A DNA stretch of 64,000 bases from Alphaproteobacteria bacterium (lineage in GTDB: Bacteria > Pseudomonadota > Alphaproteobacteria > RF32 > CAG-239): positions 11,735 through 75,734 of the forward strand of contig JAZUAM010000028.1 of assembly GCA_045637985.1 (NCBI GenBank), read 5' to 3'. The notes below the pieces were generated by a model. That model was not told where the DNA came from, did no database searches, and was given only the letters and a program-made list of their open reading frames with translations. The translations under genes and the position numbers were made by a program. The stretch's first letter is position 1. The number at the start of each line of letters is the position of its first letter. Of the stretch, positions 52,881 to 63,950 are shown in pieces.

Positions 52881-53677
52881 ACCTTATAGGGTAATTTTGA
52901 ATATATAAATTCACTGATACAATTAGGCAATATAGAACCAAACCATGTTGCTAAACGCATTTGCCACGGAAAAGCTATTAACCCGACATTTTTTTCAATT
53001 CTCTTTGCAATAATTTTAGCTGCTTGATCTGCTTCCATAAAAAATGGCATAGGGCAGGTATTTTTATCTGTAATTCGAGACCTGACAAACCCCGGACAAA
53101 TTACCGAAACATTAATCCCCAAAGATCTCAAACTCAATCGCAATCCTTCTCCCCAAGCTTTAACTCCCGCTTTAGTTGCAGCATACGAAGGACAAGTCGG
53201 CATTCCATGATATCCGGCAATTGAAGACGTAATCACAATATGTTTAATTTGTGAGGAAGGAGCTTTTTTAAACAGTTCAATGACCGGCAAAACCGTATTT
53301 ACCACCCCCATAACATTAATCTCAAATGTTCTTCTAACATTATCTTCCGTTTCCTCCAATGTTGCCACGCCGGCATTTGCAAAAACCAAATTAAGCGGCT
53401 TTTTTTCATTTTGTTCATTAACCCATGTCCAAACAGCATCTTTATCAGTAATATCTAAAATTTTACTATCAACATCAGCACCAAAACTACGGCAAACATT
53501 TGCCACTAGCTCCAAACGCTCTTTATTACGCCCGCATAAAGACAAAAGCTGTGTACCATTAGATGCATAAAATAAAGCCAAAGCTTCCCCTATTCCTGAA
53601 GAAGCCCCTGTAATCAGAACATGAGCATATTTCAAATTGTTTCTCCTTAAAAACTTATTAAGTTTTTTTATATACAA
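52877..53677 (-). CDS. Short-chain dehydrogenase/reductase
   Basis: ITGASSGIG, ANAG, YAATK and PGFV. Confidence 0.92.
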   Translation of the reverse strand: MYIKKLNKFLRRNNLKYAHVLITGASSGIGEALALFYASNGTQLLSLCGRNKERLELVANVCRSFGADVDSKILDITDKDAVWTWVNEQNEKKPLNLVFANAGVATLEETEDNVRRTFEINVMGVVNTVLPVIELFKKAPSSQIKHIVITSSIAGYHGMPTCPSYAATKAGVKAWGEGLRLSLRSLGINVSVICPGFVRSRITDKNTCPMPFFMEADQAAKIIAKRIEKNVGLIAFPWQMRLATWFGSILPNCISEFIYSKLPYKV

Positions 53678-53716
53678 TGACCCAAAATGAACTTTATTTC
53701 ATAAAGGAGTCGCACT

Positions 53717-54619
53717 TTGAGTATAGCAAGTATGACCGGTTTTGCAAGAATAAACGGCTGTTTATCTGTTGCTGAAGAAACTTTCTCTTGGTCTTGGGAA
53801 TTAAAAAGTGTTAATGGAAAAAATCTTGATATTAAATACCGTCTTCCTACAGGATATGATGATGTTGCCATATCAACCAAAGCCATTGCTGCTGAAATCA
53901 TTAATCGCGGAAACATCAGTGCTTTATTAGAAATAACCAACGACACCAAAACAAAAAAAATTAAAATCGACACAAATTTATTAAATGAAATAACTAATCA
54001 TGCCATTGATCTTTGCAACCGCTATTATGGAAAAGTTGCTTTACCTTCTGCAGCTGAACTTCTCAATCTGCGAGGTGTCGTTGAAATAGAAGAAAATATC
54101 TTAGATGATGAAACTATTAATACTATAAAACAAAAAATAATTCGTGATTTCGCAACTGCATGTCAAAATCTTCAAATTGATCGTCAAAAAGAAGGTGAAA
54201 AAATAAAGATAGTACTTCAATCAATTCTGAAAAAAATTGAACACATAACTGATGAAATAGAAAAAACAGCAGAAAATATACCGGCAAAATTAAGAGAAAA
54301 ATTGAAATCACAGATTGAACAATATAAAGATGATGTCAATATTTCAGAAGACCGAATAGCTCAAGAAATTGTGCTTTTAATTACCAGAGCAGACATCCGC
54401 GAAGAAATAGACCGCTTAAAAACACACATAAAATCAGCCTATAATCTTCTATCTTCAAACGGAAGTGTCGGACGCAGATTGGATTTTTTATGTCAAGAAC
54501 TCAACCGAGAAGCCAACACTACTTGCTCTAAATCTTCTGACATTATAATCACCAATTATGGTATGGAATTAAAAGCATTAATTGAACAATTCAGAGAACA
54601 AGTACAAAATATCGAATAA
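53717..54619 (+). CDS. YicC/YloC family endoribonuclease
   Basis: SMTGFAR, ELKSVN, DIREEIDRL, GRRLDFLCQELNREANT and REQVQNIE. Confidence 0.95.
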   Translation: MSIASMTGFARINGCLSVAEETFSWSWELKSVNGKNLDIKYRLPTGYDDVAISTKAIAAEIINRGNISALLEITNDTKTKKIKIDTNLLNEITNHAIDLCNRYYGKVALPSAAELLNLRGVVEIEENILDDETINTIKQKIIRDFATACQNLQIDRQKEGEKIKIVLQSILKKIEHITDEIEKTAENIPAKLREKLKSQIEQYKDDVNISEDRIAQEIVLLITRADIREEIDRLKTHIKSAYNLLSSNGSVGRRLDFLCQELNREANTTCSKSSDIIITNYGMELKALIEQFREQVQNIE

Positions 54620-54633
54620 AAAAGGAGCCTAAA

Positions 54634-55299
54634 ATGGATGAAATAATCGATCGCCTACGCAAAGTAAGAAAAGGAGCTATGTTTATTATAGAAGCTCCAT
54701 CCGGCACCGGAAAAGGAACCGTAATTAAAGAACTATTAAAAAATGATCCGAATATCAAATTTTCTGTTTCGGTTACTACACGTCAACCTCGTCCCGGAGA
54801 AGAAGAAGGTGTCGACTATTATTTTGTTACCGATGAACAGTATAATGAATTTATGGCGCAAGATGCATTTTATGAATACGTCGATTCGCAATATGGTTCT
54901 CGCTATGGCACCCTCCGCTCAGAAGTTGATAGTTTTATTAACGTAGGACAAGATGTATTATTCGATATGGACTGGGCCGGAGCAAGACAAATGCGCCAAA
55001 AAGCAGGCGATGATGTTGTGACAATATATCTGTTACCTCCGTCAATAAAAGAATTACGCAAACGTTTAGAAGGTCGAGGAACCGACAGTAAAGAAGTAAT
55101 TGAAAAACGTATGGGAATCATCTTGGACAAAGTAAGCCATTGGGACGAATTTGATTATGTAATCGTTAACGTAAGCTTACAAGAAACTGTCACTAAAATA
55201 CAAAAAATAATCTCCGGAGAACGTATGCGCCGTGTTCGCCAAGTAGGATTAAAAGGTTTTGTTAAAGAACTGGTAAAAGAAGCAAACGAAGACAATTAA
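54634..55299 (+). CDS. gmk: Guanylate kinase
   Basis: APSGTGKGT, SVTTRQPRPGE.EGVDYYF, YGT and LPPS..EL..RL..RG. Confidence 0.97.
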   Translation: MDEIIDRLRKVRKGAMFIIEAPSGTGKGTVIKELLKNDPNIKFSVSVTTRQPRPGEEEGVDYYFVTDEQYNEFMAQDAFYEYVDSQYGSRYGTLRSEVDSFINVGQDVLFDMDWAGARQMRQKAGDDVVTIYLLPPSIKELRKRLEGRGTDSKEVIEKRMGIILDKVSHWDEFDYVIVNVSLQETVTKIQKIISGERMRRVRQVGLKGFVKELVKEANEDN

Positions 55300-55865
55300 C
55301 GTCTGTCGCTAACTCTTTTTCGTTGTTCTTCATTCATCGATTTATACACCAGTAACGCATTTTTGTCTGCGTTTGCTACATTAAGCAACGCAGCTTTTTT
55401 ATACAAATTAAATGCCTCAACAAAATCTTTAGAAACACCAACACCTTTAGTATACATCCAAGCTAAAACTTCTATTGCTTTAGGATCATTTTCTTTAACC
55501 CTCGTGGTAATATCCCCTAATTCAAAAGGAGTAACCTGATTTGACTTAACTGCAGCAATCGTTTTAAGCCACTGCAACTGTCTTGCTTTTGCCAATGCTG
55601 TTTCTTGTCCCCAAGTTTTCGACAACTTAAGTTCAATATCATCACCTTTATTCAAAACAACACCTTGAGGTTCAACTTCCGATAATTCGCTATCTTCAAG
55701 CAATACTACGGGAGCTTTTCTGTTTTTTACAAACAACGGCAAATACCCGCGATTATCTGATCTGATAATATCGCGATACAATTCATCAAGACTGGATGCG
55801 GAAACACCTTTTATATTTAAACAAAACAACATTCCGCACAAAAAGAAAAAACACTTAAATTTCAT
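55296..55865 (-). CDS. Exported Sel1-repeat protein
   Basis: Signal peptide and LAWMYTKGVGVSKDFVEAFNLYKKAA. Confidence 0.75.
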   Translation of the reverse strand: MKFKCFFFLCGMLFCLNIKGVSASSLDELYRDIIRSDNRGYLPLFVKNRKAPVVLLEDSELSEVEPQGVVLNKGDDIELKLSKTWGQETALAKARQLQWLKTIAAVKSNQVTPFELGDITTRVKENDPKAIEVLAWMYTKGVGVSKDFVEAFNLYKKAALLNVANADKNALLVYKSMNEEQRKRVSDRR

Positions 55866-55966
55866 TTTAAAAACCCGACAACATTTAACGTTGCAATTAT
55901 ACCAGTTTGCTGTTATATCGGTCTATATATTTTTAAGCTTTATAAACAAATTTAGAGGATGTATTC

Positions 55967-56887
55967 ATGCGCAAAATTTACGAATCGATTACTCAAATGA
56001 TTGGTGCTACACCTATGCTTAAATTAACTGCTCTAAACAAAAAACTTTCACTTCAAGGAAACATTTATGGTAAGTGCGAATTCTACAATCCGCTATTTTC
56101 CATAAAAGATAGAGCTACTTTAAATATGATAAACCACGCGATAGAAACCTCAAATATAAATAACAATACCATACTTATAGAAGCAACAAGCGGCAACGTT
56201 GGAGTTGCTTTAGCAGCTATTTGTGCCGCAAAAGAATTAAAAGCTCTTATTGTTATGCCGGAAAACACCTCTTTGGAAAAAATTAAAATAATAAAACACT
56301 TCGGAGCTGATGTAATTCTGACCCCAAAAGAAGATGGAATGAAAGGTGCTATTGCCAAAGCTGAAATGTTGGCCTCCAAATCAAAAGATGTTATAATGCT
56401 CCGGCAATTTGAAAATCCCTCTAATGCCGAGGCTCATCTCTTAGGTACAAGCACGGAAATATTGACTGATATGAATGGATACGTAGATGTTATTGTTTCT
56501 GCCGTCGGCACCGCCGGTACTATTACCGGTATTGCCCAAGCACTCAAAACCAATAATCCTGATTTATACGTTGTAGCTGTAGAACCGATATCAAGCAACG
56601 TTTTAAATGGAGGTTCCAAAGGAACCCATAAAATACATGGTATAGGTGCAGGATTTATACCACCACTATATAAAAAAGAACTTATTGATGAGGTTTTTGA
56701 TGTCTCTGATAATGATGCTTGGGATATGGCAAAAGCAGTAGCCCAAACTGAAGGACTACCTATCGGAATATCTGCAGGAGCAGCTATGGTTGCCGCTGTT
56801 AACATAGCCTCCAGAGACAAATTCAAAAACAAAAATATCGTTGTTATTTTTCCCGATTCTATTTTAAATTACATATCGGAATTATAA
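55967..56887 (+). CDS. cysK: Cysteine synthase family PLP enzyme (divergent CysK)
   Basis: IGATP, NPLFSIKDR, EATSGNVG, QFENP, GTAGT, HKIHGIG and GISAGA. Confidence 0.85.
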   Translation: MRKIYESITQMIGATPMLKLTALNKKLSLQGNIYGKCEFYNPLFSIKDRATLNMINHAIETSNINNNTILIEATSGNVGVALAAICAAKELKALIVMPENTSLEKIKIIKHFGADVILTPKEDGMKGAIAKAEMLASKSKDVIMLRQFENPSNAEAHLLGTSTEILTDMNGYVDVIVSAVGTAGTITGIAQALKTNNPDLYVVAVEPISSNVLNGGSKGTHKIHGIGAGFIPPLYKKELIDEVFDVSDNDAWDMAKAVAQTEGLPIGISAGAAMVAAVNIASRDKFKNKNIVVIFPDSILNYISEL

Positions 56888-56902
56888 AAAACACGCTTTT
56901 AC

Positions 56903-58711
56903 CTACTCATCACCAATTCGCAAAGCTTCAATAAATGCCGATTGCGGAACTTCTACTTTACCAAATTGACGCATCCGAAGTTTTCCTTTTTTCTGCTTAT
57001 CTAAAAGCTTTCTTTTTCGTGTTATATCTCCACCATAACACTTCGCTGTAACATCCTTACGAAGAGCTGAAATAGTCTCTCTGGCAACAACTCTTCCGCC
57101 AATACAAGCCTGAATAGGAATTTTAAATAAATGCCTCGGTATCAGGTCTTTTAATCTTTCACAAATTTGTCTTCCTCGCGATTCGGCTTCCGTTTTATGA
57201 CACAAAAAAGCTAATGCATCAACCGGTTCTTCATTGATTAAAATCTGCACCTTAACCAAATCAGATTCCTGATATCCTATAAGTTCATAATCAAAACTGG
57301 CATATCCGGAAGTTATCGATTTTAATCTATCATAAAAATCAAAAACAATCTCATTAAGCGGAATTTTATAAATAACCATCGCTCTTGAACCGACATACGT
57401 CAGTTCCTGTTGTTCACCTCGTCGTTCCGTACAAAGTTTTAACACGGCTCCCAAATATGTATCAGGCACTAAAATGGTTGCTTTAACCATAGGTTCTTCA
57501 ATAGAAGAAATTTTAGTTGGTTCCGGCATATCTGCCGGATTATGCAACGTTATCTCATCTCCATTTGTCATATGTATTTTATATGCAACAGACGGAGCTG
57601 TCGTAATCAAATCCAAATCAAACTCTCGCCCCAATCGTTCTTGAATAATTTCCATATGCAAAAGGCCCAAAAAGCCACACCTAAATCCTAAACCTAGAGC
57701 TGCTGAATTTTCATTTTGATAATCAACACTGGCATCATTAAGCTTAAGTTTTGCCAAAGCATCTTTTAACGCCTCATATTGGCTTGAATCAACCGGAAAT
57801 ATAGAACAAAACACTACCGGAATTGATGGCTTAAACCCCTTCAACGGTTCTTCACAAGGCTTTTTATGTTCAGTAATAGTATCACCGACACTACAATCCC
57901 CCACACTCTTAATACTTGCCGTAATAAAACCGACTTCTCCAGGATACAAAGCATCCACATCTGTCATCTTGGGCGAAAAAACACCTACCCTGTCTACCAA
58001 ATAAGTCGCATTATTTGACATCATCCGTATTTGCGTTTTCTTTCGCAAAACACCATCATTAACACGAACTAAAATAATCACTCCCAGATAACTATCATAC
58101 CAACTATCAATCAAAAGAGCTTTCAACGGAGCATTTTCATCACCTTGAGGAGCCGGTAATTTAGTAACTATTTCTTCCAACAAATTATCAACACCTAATC
58201 CGGTCTTTCCGGAAGCTTCAACGGCTTCAGAAGTATCAAGACCAATAACATCTTCAATTTGTTGTTTAACTCTTTCAACATCAGACGATGGCAAATCAAC
58301 CTTATTTAATACCGGTATAATCTCATGATTATTATCTATCGCAAGATACACATTTGCCAGTGTCTGCGCTTCAACACCTTGTGTCGAATCAACAACCAAA
58401 ACAGACCCCTCACAAGAAGCAAGCGAACGAGAAACTTCATACGAAAAATCCACATGCCCCGGTGTATCAATAAGATTAAGCTGATAAACCTTTCCGTCTT
58501 TGGCTTTATAATTTAAACGCACTGTTTGTGCTTTAATCGTAATTCCGCGCTCTTTTTCAATATCCATATTATCTAAAACCTGCTCGGTCATTTCTCTTTT
58601 TTCTAAACCACCGCAAGTTTCTATAAGCCGGTCTGCCAAAGTTGATTTTCCATGATCAATATGGGCAATAATTGCAAAATTTCTGATTAAATCAATATTA
58701 TGATTACTCAT
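56903..58711 (-). CDS. lepA: Elongation factor 4
   Basis: [25 protein letters not shown] and [14 protein letters not shown]. Confidence 0.99.
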   Translation of the reverse strand: MSNHNIDLIRNFAIIAHIDHGKSTLADRLIETCGGLEKREMTEQVLDNMDIEKERGITIKAQTVRLNYKAKDGKVYQLNLIDTPGHVDFSYEVSRSLASCEGSVLVVDSTQGVEAQTLANVYLAIDNNHEIIPVLNKVDLPSSDVERVKQQIEDVIGLDTSEAVEASGKTGLGVDNLLEEIVTKLPAPQGDENAPLKALLIDSWYDSYLGVIILVRVNDGVLRKKTQIRMMSNNATYLVDRVGVFSPKMTDVDALYPGEVGFITASIKSVGDCSVGDTITEHKKPCEEPLKGFKPSIPVVFCSIFPVDSSQYEALKDALAKLKLNDASVDYQNENSAALGLGFRCGFLGLLHMEIIQERLGREFDLDLITTAPSVAYKIHMTNGDEITLHNPADMPEPTKISSIEEPMVKATILVPDTYLGAVLKLCTERRGEQQELTYVGSRAMVIYKIPLNEIVFDFYDRLKSITSGYASFDYELIGYQESDLVKVQILINEEPVDALAFLCHKTEAESRGRQICERLKDLIPRHLFKIPIQACIGGRVVARETISALRKDVTAKCYGGDITRKRKLLDKQKKGKLRMRQFGKVEVPQSAFIEALRIGDE

Positions 58712-58807
58712 TACTTCTTAATCTTTCTTAAATCATATCGTTTTATATTAGCTCAAAATAACCGAAAATTAAAAATACGCAAGTATTTTTGATTCTTGGT
58801 ATAAAGA

Positions 58808-58836
58808 TTGACTATATCCGATAAAAAGCGCATAAT
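58808..58836 (+). promoter_or_regulatory. Putative sigma70 promoter of the GNAT gene
   Basis: TTGACT-N17-CATAAT. Confidence 0.55.
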
Positions 58837-58872
58837 AGACCATAATCTATTATTAAAAGTAAGAGGTGTGCC

Positions 58873-59310
58873 ATGAGAAAAATAATTGATATCGATTTCG
58901 GTTCCAGCCGCTATGAACAGTTGGTCGAATTACGCTACAAAGTTTTACTTGAACCGCTCGGGCTAAAGTTTTTAGATTCGCATCGTGACAAAGAAGTTAA
59001 TTATCTTCACATTGGTTGCATCGAAAATCTTGATGATAAACTTATTGGCGGTTTAATGCTAATTCCGCTAAATAATGATACTATTCGGATGATGCAAGTT
59101 GCCGTTGACAGTAAACACCAAGGAGAAGGAGCCGGACGAGAACTGGTTCACTATGCAGAACAACGCTCAAAAAAAGCCGGATATAAAACAATCATCATGC
59201 ATGCAATGATAAACGTCATCGGTTTTTATGAAAAATTGGGTTATGTTCAAGAAGGCGATATTTTTGAAGAAAAAGGCATAACTTTTGCTAAGATGATAAA
59301 AAAATTATAA
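58873..59310 (+). CDS. GNAT N-acetyltransferase (ElaA/YjcF-like)
   Basis: LRYKVLLEPLG, QVAVDSKHQGEGAG and FYEKLGY. Confidence 0.9.
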   Translation: MRKIIDIDFGSSRYEQLVELRYKVLLEPLGLKFLDSHRDKEVNYLHIGCIENLDDKLIGGLMLIPLNNDTIRMMQVAVDSKHQGEGAGRELVHYAEQRSKKAGYKTIIMHAMINVIGFYEKLGYVQEGDIFEEKGITFAKMIKKL

Positions 59311-59337
59311 AAAGGCGGAATTAATTTCCGCCTTTTT
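59309..59337. terminator. Bidirectional terminator overlapping the def stop codon
   Basis: AAAAAGGCGGAA-TTAAT-TTCCGCCTTTTT. Confidence 0.8.
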
Positions 59338-59839
59338 CTTTTCTAAACTTCTCCAATTTTTTCAATAACATTTGCCTTTTTAATCTGCTTATTTTGTCAA
59401 TATAAAGAATTCCATCCAAATGATCTAACTCATGTTGAACAGCAACAGCCAAAAAATCTTCCGCCAACAATTCTTGTCTGATACCATTATAATCCATATA
59501 TTGCACTTTAACCGAAGCAGGACGCTCAACTTCAGCTCGCTGCCCTGGGACAGAAAGACAACCCTCCTCACAAACTTCCTTTTCATCAGAAGCCCACACT
59601 ATTTCAGGATTAACCATAAAAATAGGATTCGGTTTTTCATCTTCATGAGCAATATCAATCACAACTACTCGCTTCGATACCCCAACTTGCGGAGCTGCTA
59701 AACCACAACCATTAGACACATACATTGTCTCCAACATATCATCTAAAAAAACTCGCATATCATCATCAACTTTTTCAACCTTTTCGGCTTTTTGCTTCAA
59801 TATCGGATGAGGATATTCATAAAGTTTTAAAACAGCCAT
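59321..59839 (-). CDS. def: Peptide deformylase
   Basis: GCGLAAPQ, EGCLS and QHELDHLDG. Confidence 0.98.
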   Translation of the reverse strand: MAVLKLYEYPHPILKQKAEKVEKVDDDMRVFLDDMLETMYVSNGCGLAAPQVGVSKRVVVIDIAHEDEKPNPIFMVNPEIVWASDEKEVCEEGCLSVPGQRAEVERPASVKVQYMDYNGIRQELLAEDFLAVAVQHELDHLDGILYIDKISRLKRQMLLKKLEKFRKEKGGN

Positions 59840-59840
59840 C

Positions 59841-60332
59841 TTATCTAACCTGTTTTGCTATTGAATCTAATAATGCATTTACCATTTTAGGCTCATTTTT
59901 TGTAAAAAATGCATACGCCAAATCAACATATTCTTTAACAATAACCATAGCATCAACATCTGTTGTATGAACCAACTCATAAGCAGCACACAACAACAAC
60001 GCACGCAACGTTCCGTCAAATCTTTCAAACTGCCATCCTTCTTTAAGATAATTGCTCAAAGATTTTTCCAACATCTCTTTATTCTTATGAACATCACGAG
60101 TAAGTGTGGCAAAATAGTTGCTATCCATTTCATCTATTTCAACCATATTTTCCAACACTTCATAACCGTCACTTTCTTCTTCAATCACATAGCGACCGAC
60201 CTCTCCATTGATAAAATCTTTAATTACTTCATCAACCGAAAGCTGACCATATTCAATCATATACGTAGCCTGCACTGCTGCCAGTCTGGCTGCTGATTTT
60301 TTCTTAATCTTTTCCGAAATAAACTTAGCCAT
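59841..60332 (-). CDS. nusB: Transcription antitermination factor NusB
   Basis: ARLAAVQATY, RALL.CA.YEL, EYVDLA and MVNALLD. Confidence 0.93.
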   Translation of the reverse strand: MAKFISEKIKKKSAARLAAVQATYMIEYGQLSVDEVIKDFINGEVGRYVIEEESDGYEVLENMVEIDEMDSNYFATLTRDVHKNKEMLEKSLSNYLKEGWQFERFDGTLRALLLCAAYELVHTTDVDAMVIVKEYVDLAYAFFTKNEPKMVNALLDSIAKQVR

Positions 60333-60805
60333 TAATCTTCTCCCGTAACTTTGGCCATTTTTTCCAATGTTTCTAAAAACTCCTCAAAATCCTTTGGCTC
60401 TCTAAAATCCCGATAAACCGAAGCATATCTGATATACGCCACATGATCCAACGTAGCCAAAGCAGCCATTGCCAAATCACCTATTTTTGTTGACAAAATC
60501 TCAACTTCACCGGTGCTTTCCAACCGCCTTTGAATAGAGTTTACAATTTTCTCAACTCTCTCACTACTGATAGGTCTTTTACGAACGGCCAAATAAATGG
60601 AACGAGCAAGCTTATCTCTATCAAACATAACTTTTTCGCCATTTTTTTTCACAACCGTCAAATCACGCAACTGCACATGTTCAAATGTTGTAAACCTTTG
60701 ACCACATTCAGGACATTCTCTACGCCTGCGTACAGCTGTATCATCATCAGCATTACGAGAGTCTTTAACTTGTGTATCATTACATCCGCAAAAAGGACAC
60801 TTCAT
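60332..60805 (-). CDS. nrdR: Transcriptional repressor NrdR
   Basis: CPFC...DSR...[15 protein letters not shown], an ATP cone and AYIRYASVY. Confidence 0.98.
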   Translation of the reverse strand: MKCPFCGCNDTQVKDSRNADDDTAVRRRRECPECGQRFTTFEHVQLRDLTVVKKNGEKVMFDRDKLARSIYLAVRKRPISSERVEKIVNSIQRRLESTGEVEILSTKIGDLAMAALATLDHVAYIRYASVYRDFREPKDFEEFLETLEKMAKVTGED

Positions 60806-60807
60806 CT

Positions 60808-62133
60808 TTAATATTTACCTTTTTCCAACAGCTTATCCGTAACTTGATAAAGTTTTGAGGAATATCTTGCTCCTTTTATAAGAACAATATCATTATTTTG
60901 CAAGCACTTATTTAACAAAAAGTCTTCCAATCCGTCTTTGCTGTCAAAATAAAATTTTTCTTTACTATCATCCACTTGAGCCAACATATCTTTCATTTCC
61001 GGACAAATACCTATAACCACATCAACATCTGTAGCATTAACTGTTTTTCCGATTTCAATATGTCTTGCCATAGAAGTATTACCCAATTCGGCCATCTTTC
61101 CCAAAACAACAATCTTACGACCGTTATGTTTGGTTTTTGCCAACGTTTCAATAGCTATTTTCATAGCCTCCGGTTGCCCCGAATAACTATCATCTATCAA
61201 TGTATAAATTCCGCCATTAGGCAATTTTAACTTGTGTTTAGCACCTCGACCGGCCAAAGCCTTAAAATCTTTCAAGTTTTGTGCTGTTTTTTGAACATCC
61301 AAACCCAAAACCTCAACCAATGTCAACACACACCAAGCATTATAAAAATTGTGTTCACCTTCATCGGATAAACTTAGTTTTACATCCGGATGTCTATTCT
61401 TACCAAATTTTACAACTTTGCCTCCATTTTCTATTGCTCTTTTTTCCAACAGATCTGCAAAATTTGTATCTTCATTAATAATGGCTGTTCCACCATTTTT
61501 CAACGACTTAAAAATCTCAGCCTTAGCTTCTGCAATTCCTTCAAAATTGTCAAAAAATTCAATATGCATAGGATACACATTTGTTATAATTGCAACATCC
61601 GGCTTAACATAGCTTACTAATTCCTCTATTTCGCCTTTTGCGCTCATCCCCATTTCAACTATTGCAAAATCCGCTGTCATATCAAGATTGCAAAGGGTAA
61701 TAGGAACACCGACATTATTATTATGATTTCCTTCCGTAGCATAAATTCTACCAAATTGCGAAAGTGCAAATTTTATTTCTTCTTTTGTTGTTGTTTTACC
61801 TGCACTGCCGGTCAAACCGATTACAATTCCCTTAAATAACGAACGATTATAAGCTCCTATTTGTCCATATGCTTGCAAGGTATTTTTCACTATTATTTGT
61901 TGTTCTTTGGCAACACCTTCGATTTCATGATCAACAATTACTAAGGCTGCTCCCTGTTCTAAAACTTGCTTAACAAAACTATGCCCATCAAAATTTTCGC
62001 CTTTAATTGCAATAAACAAGTCTCCCTTTTTAACTTTGCGGCTATCCGTTACAATATTATCAATATCCACATTCGCAACATTACCGTTAAAACCGACAAC
62101 CTCAGCTATTTTTTTTGCATTAATCTTTTGCAT
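60808..62133 (-). CDS. murF: UDP-MurNAc-tripeptide--dipeptide ligase MurF (divergent)
   Basis: [46 protein letters not shown] and [13 protein letters not shown] is replaced by YSGQP. Confidence 0.9.
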   Translation of the reverse strand: MQKINAKKIAEVVGFNGNVANVDIDNIVTDSRKVKKGDLFIAIKGENFDGHSFVKQVLEQGAALVIVDHEIEGVAKEQQIIVKNTLQAYGQIGAYNRSLFKGIVIGLTGSAGKTTTKEEIKFALSQFGRIYATEGNHNNNVGVPITLCNLDMTADFAIVEMGMSAKGEIEELVSYVKPDVAIITNVYPMHIEFFDNFEGIAEAKAEIFKSLKNGGTAIINEDTNFADLLEKRAIENGGKVVKFGKNRHPDVKLSLSDEGEHNFYNAWCVLTLVEVLGLDVQKTAQNLKDFKALAGRGAKHKLKLPNGGIYTLIDDSYSGQPEAMKIAIETLAKTKHNGRKIVVLGKMAELGNTSMARHIEIGKTVNATDVDVVIGICPEMKDMLAQVDDSKEKFYFDSKDGLEDFLLNKCLQNNDIVLIKGARYSSKLYQVTDKLLEKGKY

Positions 62134-62204
62134 AATTTATCCTTTCTTATAATCCATAATACAAGCATTATATCATCAAAAGTTAAATTTTTTGTTTAAA
62201 TTAC

Positions 62205-62248
62205 AAAAGCGGTGTATGTTTTATCAGCTTTAAACATACACCGCCTTT
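62205..62248 (-). terminator. Terminator after glyA
   Basis: 13-bp stem GCGGTGTATGTTT/AAACATACACCGC followed by a T-tract on the minus strand. Confidence 0.8.
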
Positions 62249-62260
62249 ACATTGTCAATT

Positions 62261-63514
62261 TCAATAAATCGGAAAATCGGCACAAAGTTTCATAACTTTT
62301 TTTGCTATCTCGGCTATAACCGTACTTTCATTATCTGTCCCTATAGCCTCAACAACATCCGCAATCCAATTTCCTATTTGTTCAAACTCTTTTTCCTTAA
62401 AACCTCTGGTTGTTCCTGCCGGAGTTCCTAATCTAATTCCCGAAGTAACTTTTGGCGGCATAGGATCAAAAGGAATTGCATTTTTATTACATGTCATATG
62501 AGCTTTATCCAATGCATCTGCAACAACATCTCCGGTTACATTTTTGGGTCTCAAATCCACCAACAACAAATGAGTATCTGTTCCGCCCGAAACCAAATCA
62601 AGACCTCTTTCCATCAACGTTTTTCCCAAGATTTTAGCATTACTGACAACTTGTGCCGCATATTGCTTAAACTCATCGGTCAAATCTTCTTTAAAACAAA
62701 CAGCCTTAGCAGCAATAACATGCTCCAACGGTCCTCCTTGAGACCCCGGAAAAATAGCCGAATTTATTTTCTTTGCCAAATCTTCCCTATTGGTCAAAAT
62801 CATTCCGCCACGCGGACCTCTTAATGTTTTATGAGTGGTTGTAGTAACAACATCAGCCCACTGCAACGGATTCGGATGCACCCCACCGGCAACCAATCCT
62901 GCAAAATGAGCCATATCCACCATCAAATATGCACCAACTTCATCTGCAATTTTTCTAAATCTGGCAAAATCAATTTGACGAGGATATGCCGACCCTCCGG
63001 CGATAATTAATTTAGGATTGTTTTCTTTTGCTAAGCGTTCCACTTCATCATAATCTATCAACCCGTTGTCCTTTTTAACTCCATACGCAACAGAGTTAAG
63101 CCATTTTCCGGAAATAGAAACTTTTGATCCATGAGTCAAATGCCCTCCCGCATCCAAACTCATCCCCAAAATTGTATCAAACGGTTGCAACAATGCCAAA
63201 TAAACAGCCGTATTTGCCTGGCTTCCCGAATGAGGCTGAACATTAACAAATTTTGCATCAAACAATTTTTTTGCACGTTCTATCGCCAAACTTTCAATTC
63301 CATCAACAAATTCACAACCGTGATAATATCTTCTTCCCGGATATCCTTCTGCATATTTGTTGGTTAAAATCGATCCCTGTGCTTCCAAAACAGCTTTTGA
63401 AACAATATTTTCCGAAGCAATCAATTCCACTTGATTTTGTTGGCGATTAAATTCTTTTTCAATAAGATCAAAAATATCTTTGTCTTCTATTTGCAATTTT
63501 TCTTTAAAATCCAT
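62261..63514 (-). CDS. glyA: Serine hydroxymethyltransferase
   Basis: [23 protein letters not shown] and [13 protein letters not shown]. Start reassigned to MDFKEK. Confidence 0.99.
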   Translation of the reverse strand: MDFKEKLQIEDKDIFDLIEKEFNRQQNQVELIASENIVSKAVLEAQGSILTNKYAEGYPGRRYYHGCEFVDGIESLAIERAKKLFDAKFVNVQPHSGSQANTAVYLALLQPFDTILGMSLDAGGHLTHGSKVSISGKWLNSVAYGVKKDNGLIDYDEVERLAKENNPKLIIAGGSAYPRQIDFARFRKIADEVGAYLMVDMAHFAGLVAGGVHPNPLQWADVVTTTTHKTLRGPRGGMILTNREDLAKKINSAIFPGSQGGPLEHVIAAKAVCFKEDLTDEFKQYAAQVVSNAKILGKTLMERGLDLVSGGTDTHLLLVDLRPKNVTGDVVADALDKAHMTCNKNAIPFDPMPPKVTSGIRLGTPAGTTRGFKEKEFEQIGNWIADVVEAIGTDNESTVIAEIAKKVMKLCADFPIY

Positions 63515-63527
63515 ATCCAAGCCTCCC

Positions 63528-63950
63528 TTATCCAAGCTCCGCAATTCTACGACAATGTCTTTCTCCGTTTGAAAACGGAGTCGTCAAAAAAACATCCAAA
63601 TATGCAAGAACATCTTCTTTTGTTTGTGTTCTGGCTCCAAAAACCGCTACATTTGCATCATTATGTTCCCGAGTCAAAGATGCCACATCTTTACTATACA
63701 AAATAGCTGCTCTAATTCCTTTATGACGATTTGCAGCAATAGATATACCGATTCCGGTTCCACAAATCAATACTCCAAAATCAGCTTGTCCACTGTTTAT
63801 TACATCAACAAGCTTATCTGCAACCAATGGATAATCACACGATTCCTCAGAAAAAGTCCCAACATCAAACCAGCTGATATCTTGCCGTTCTGTTTTCAAA
63901 AATTCTTTTAACTCAAAACCACCATGATCCGCGCCTATTACAATTTTCAT
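63528..63950 (-). CDS. rpiB: Ribose-5-phosphate isomerase B
   Basis: [28 protein letters not shown] and RH.RR. Confidence 0.96.
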   Translation of the reverse strand: MKIVIGADHGGFELKEFLKTERQDISWFDVGTFSEESCDYPLVADKLVDVINSGQADFGVLICGTGIGISIAANRHKGIRAAILYSKDVASLTREHNDANVAVFGARTQTKEDVLAYLDVFLTTPFSNGERHCRRIAELG

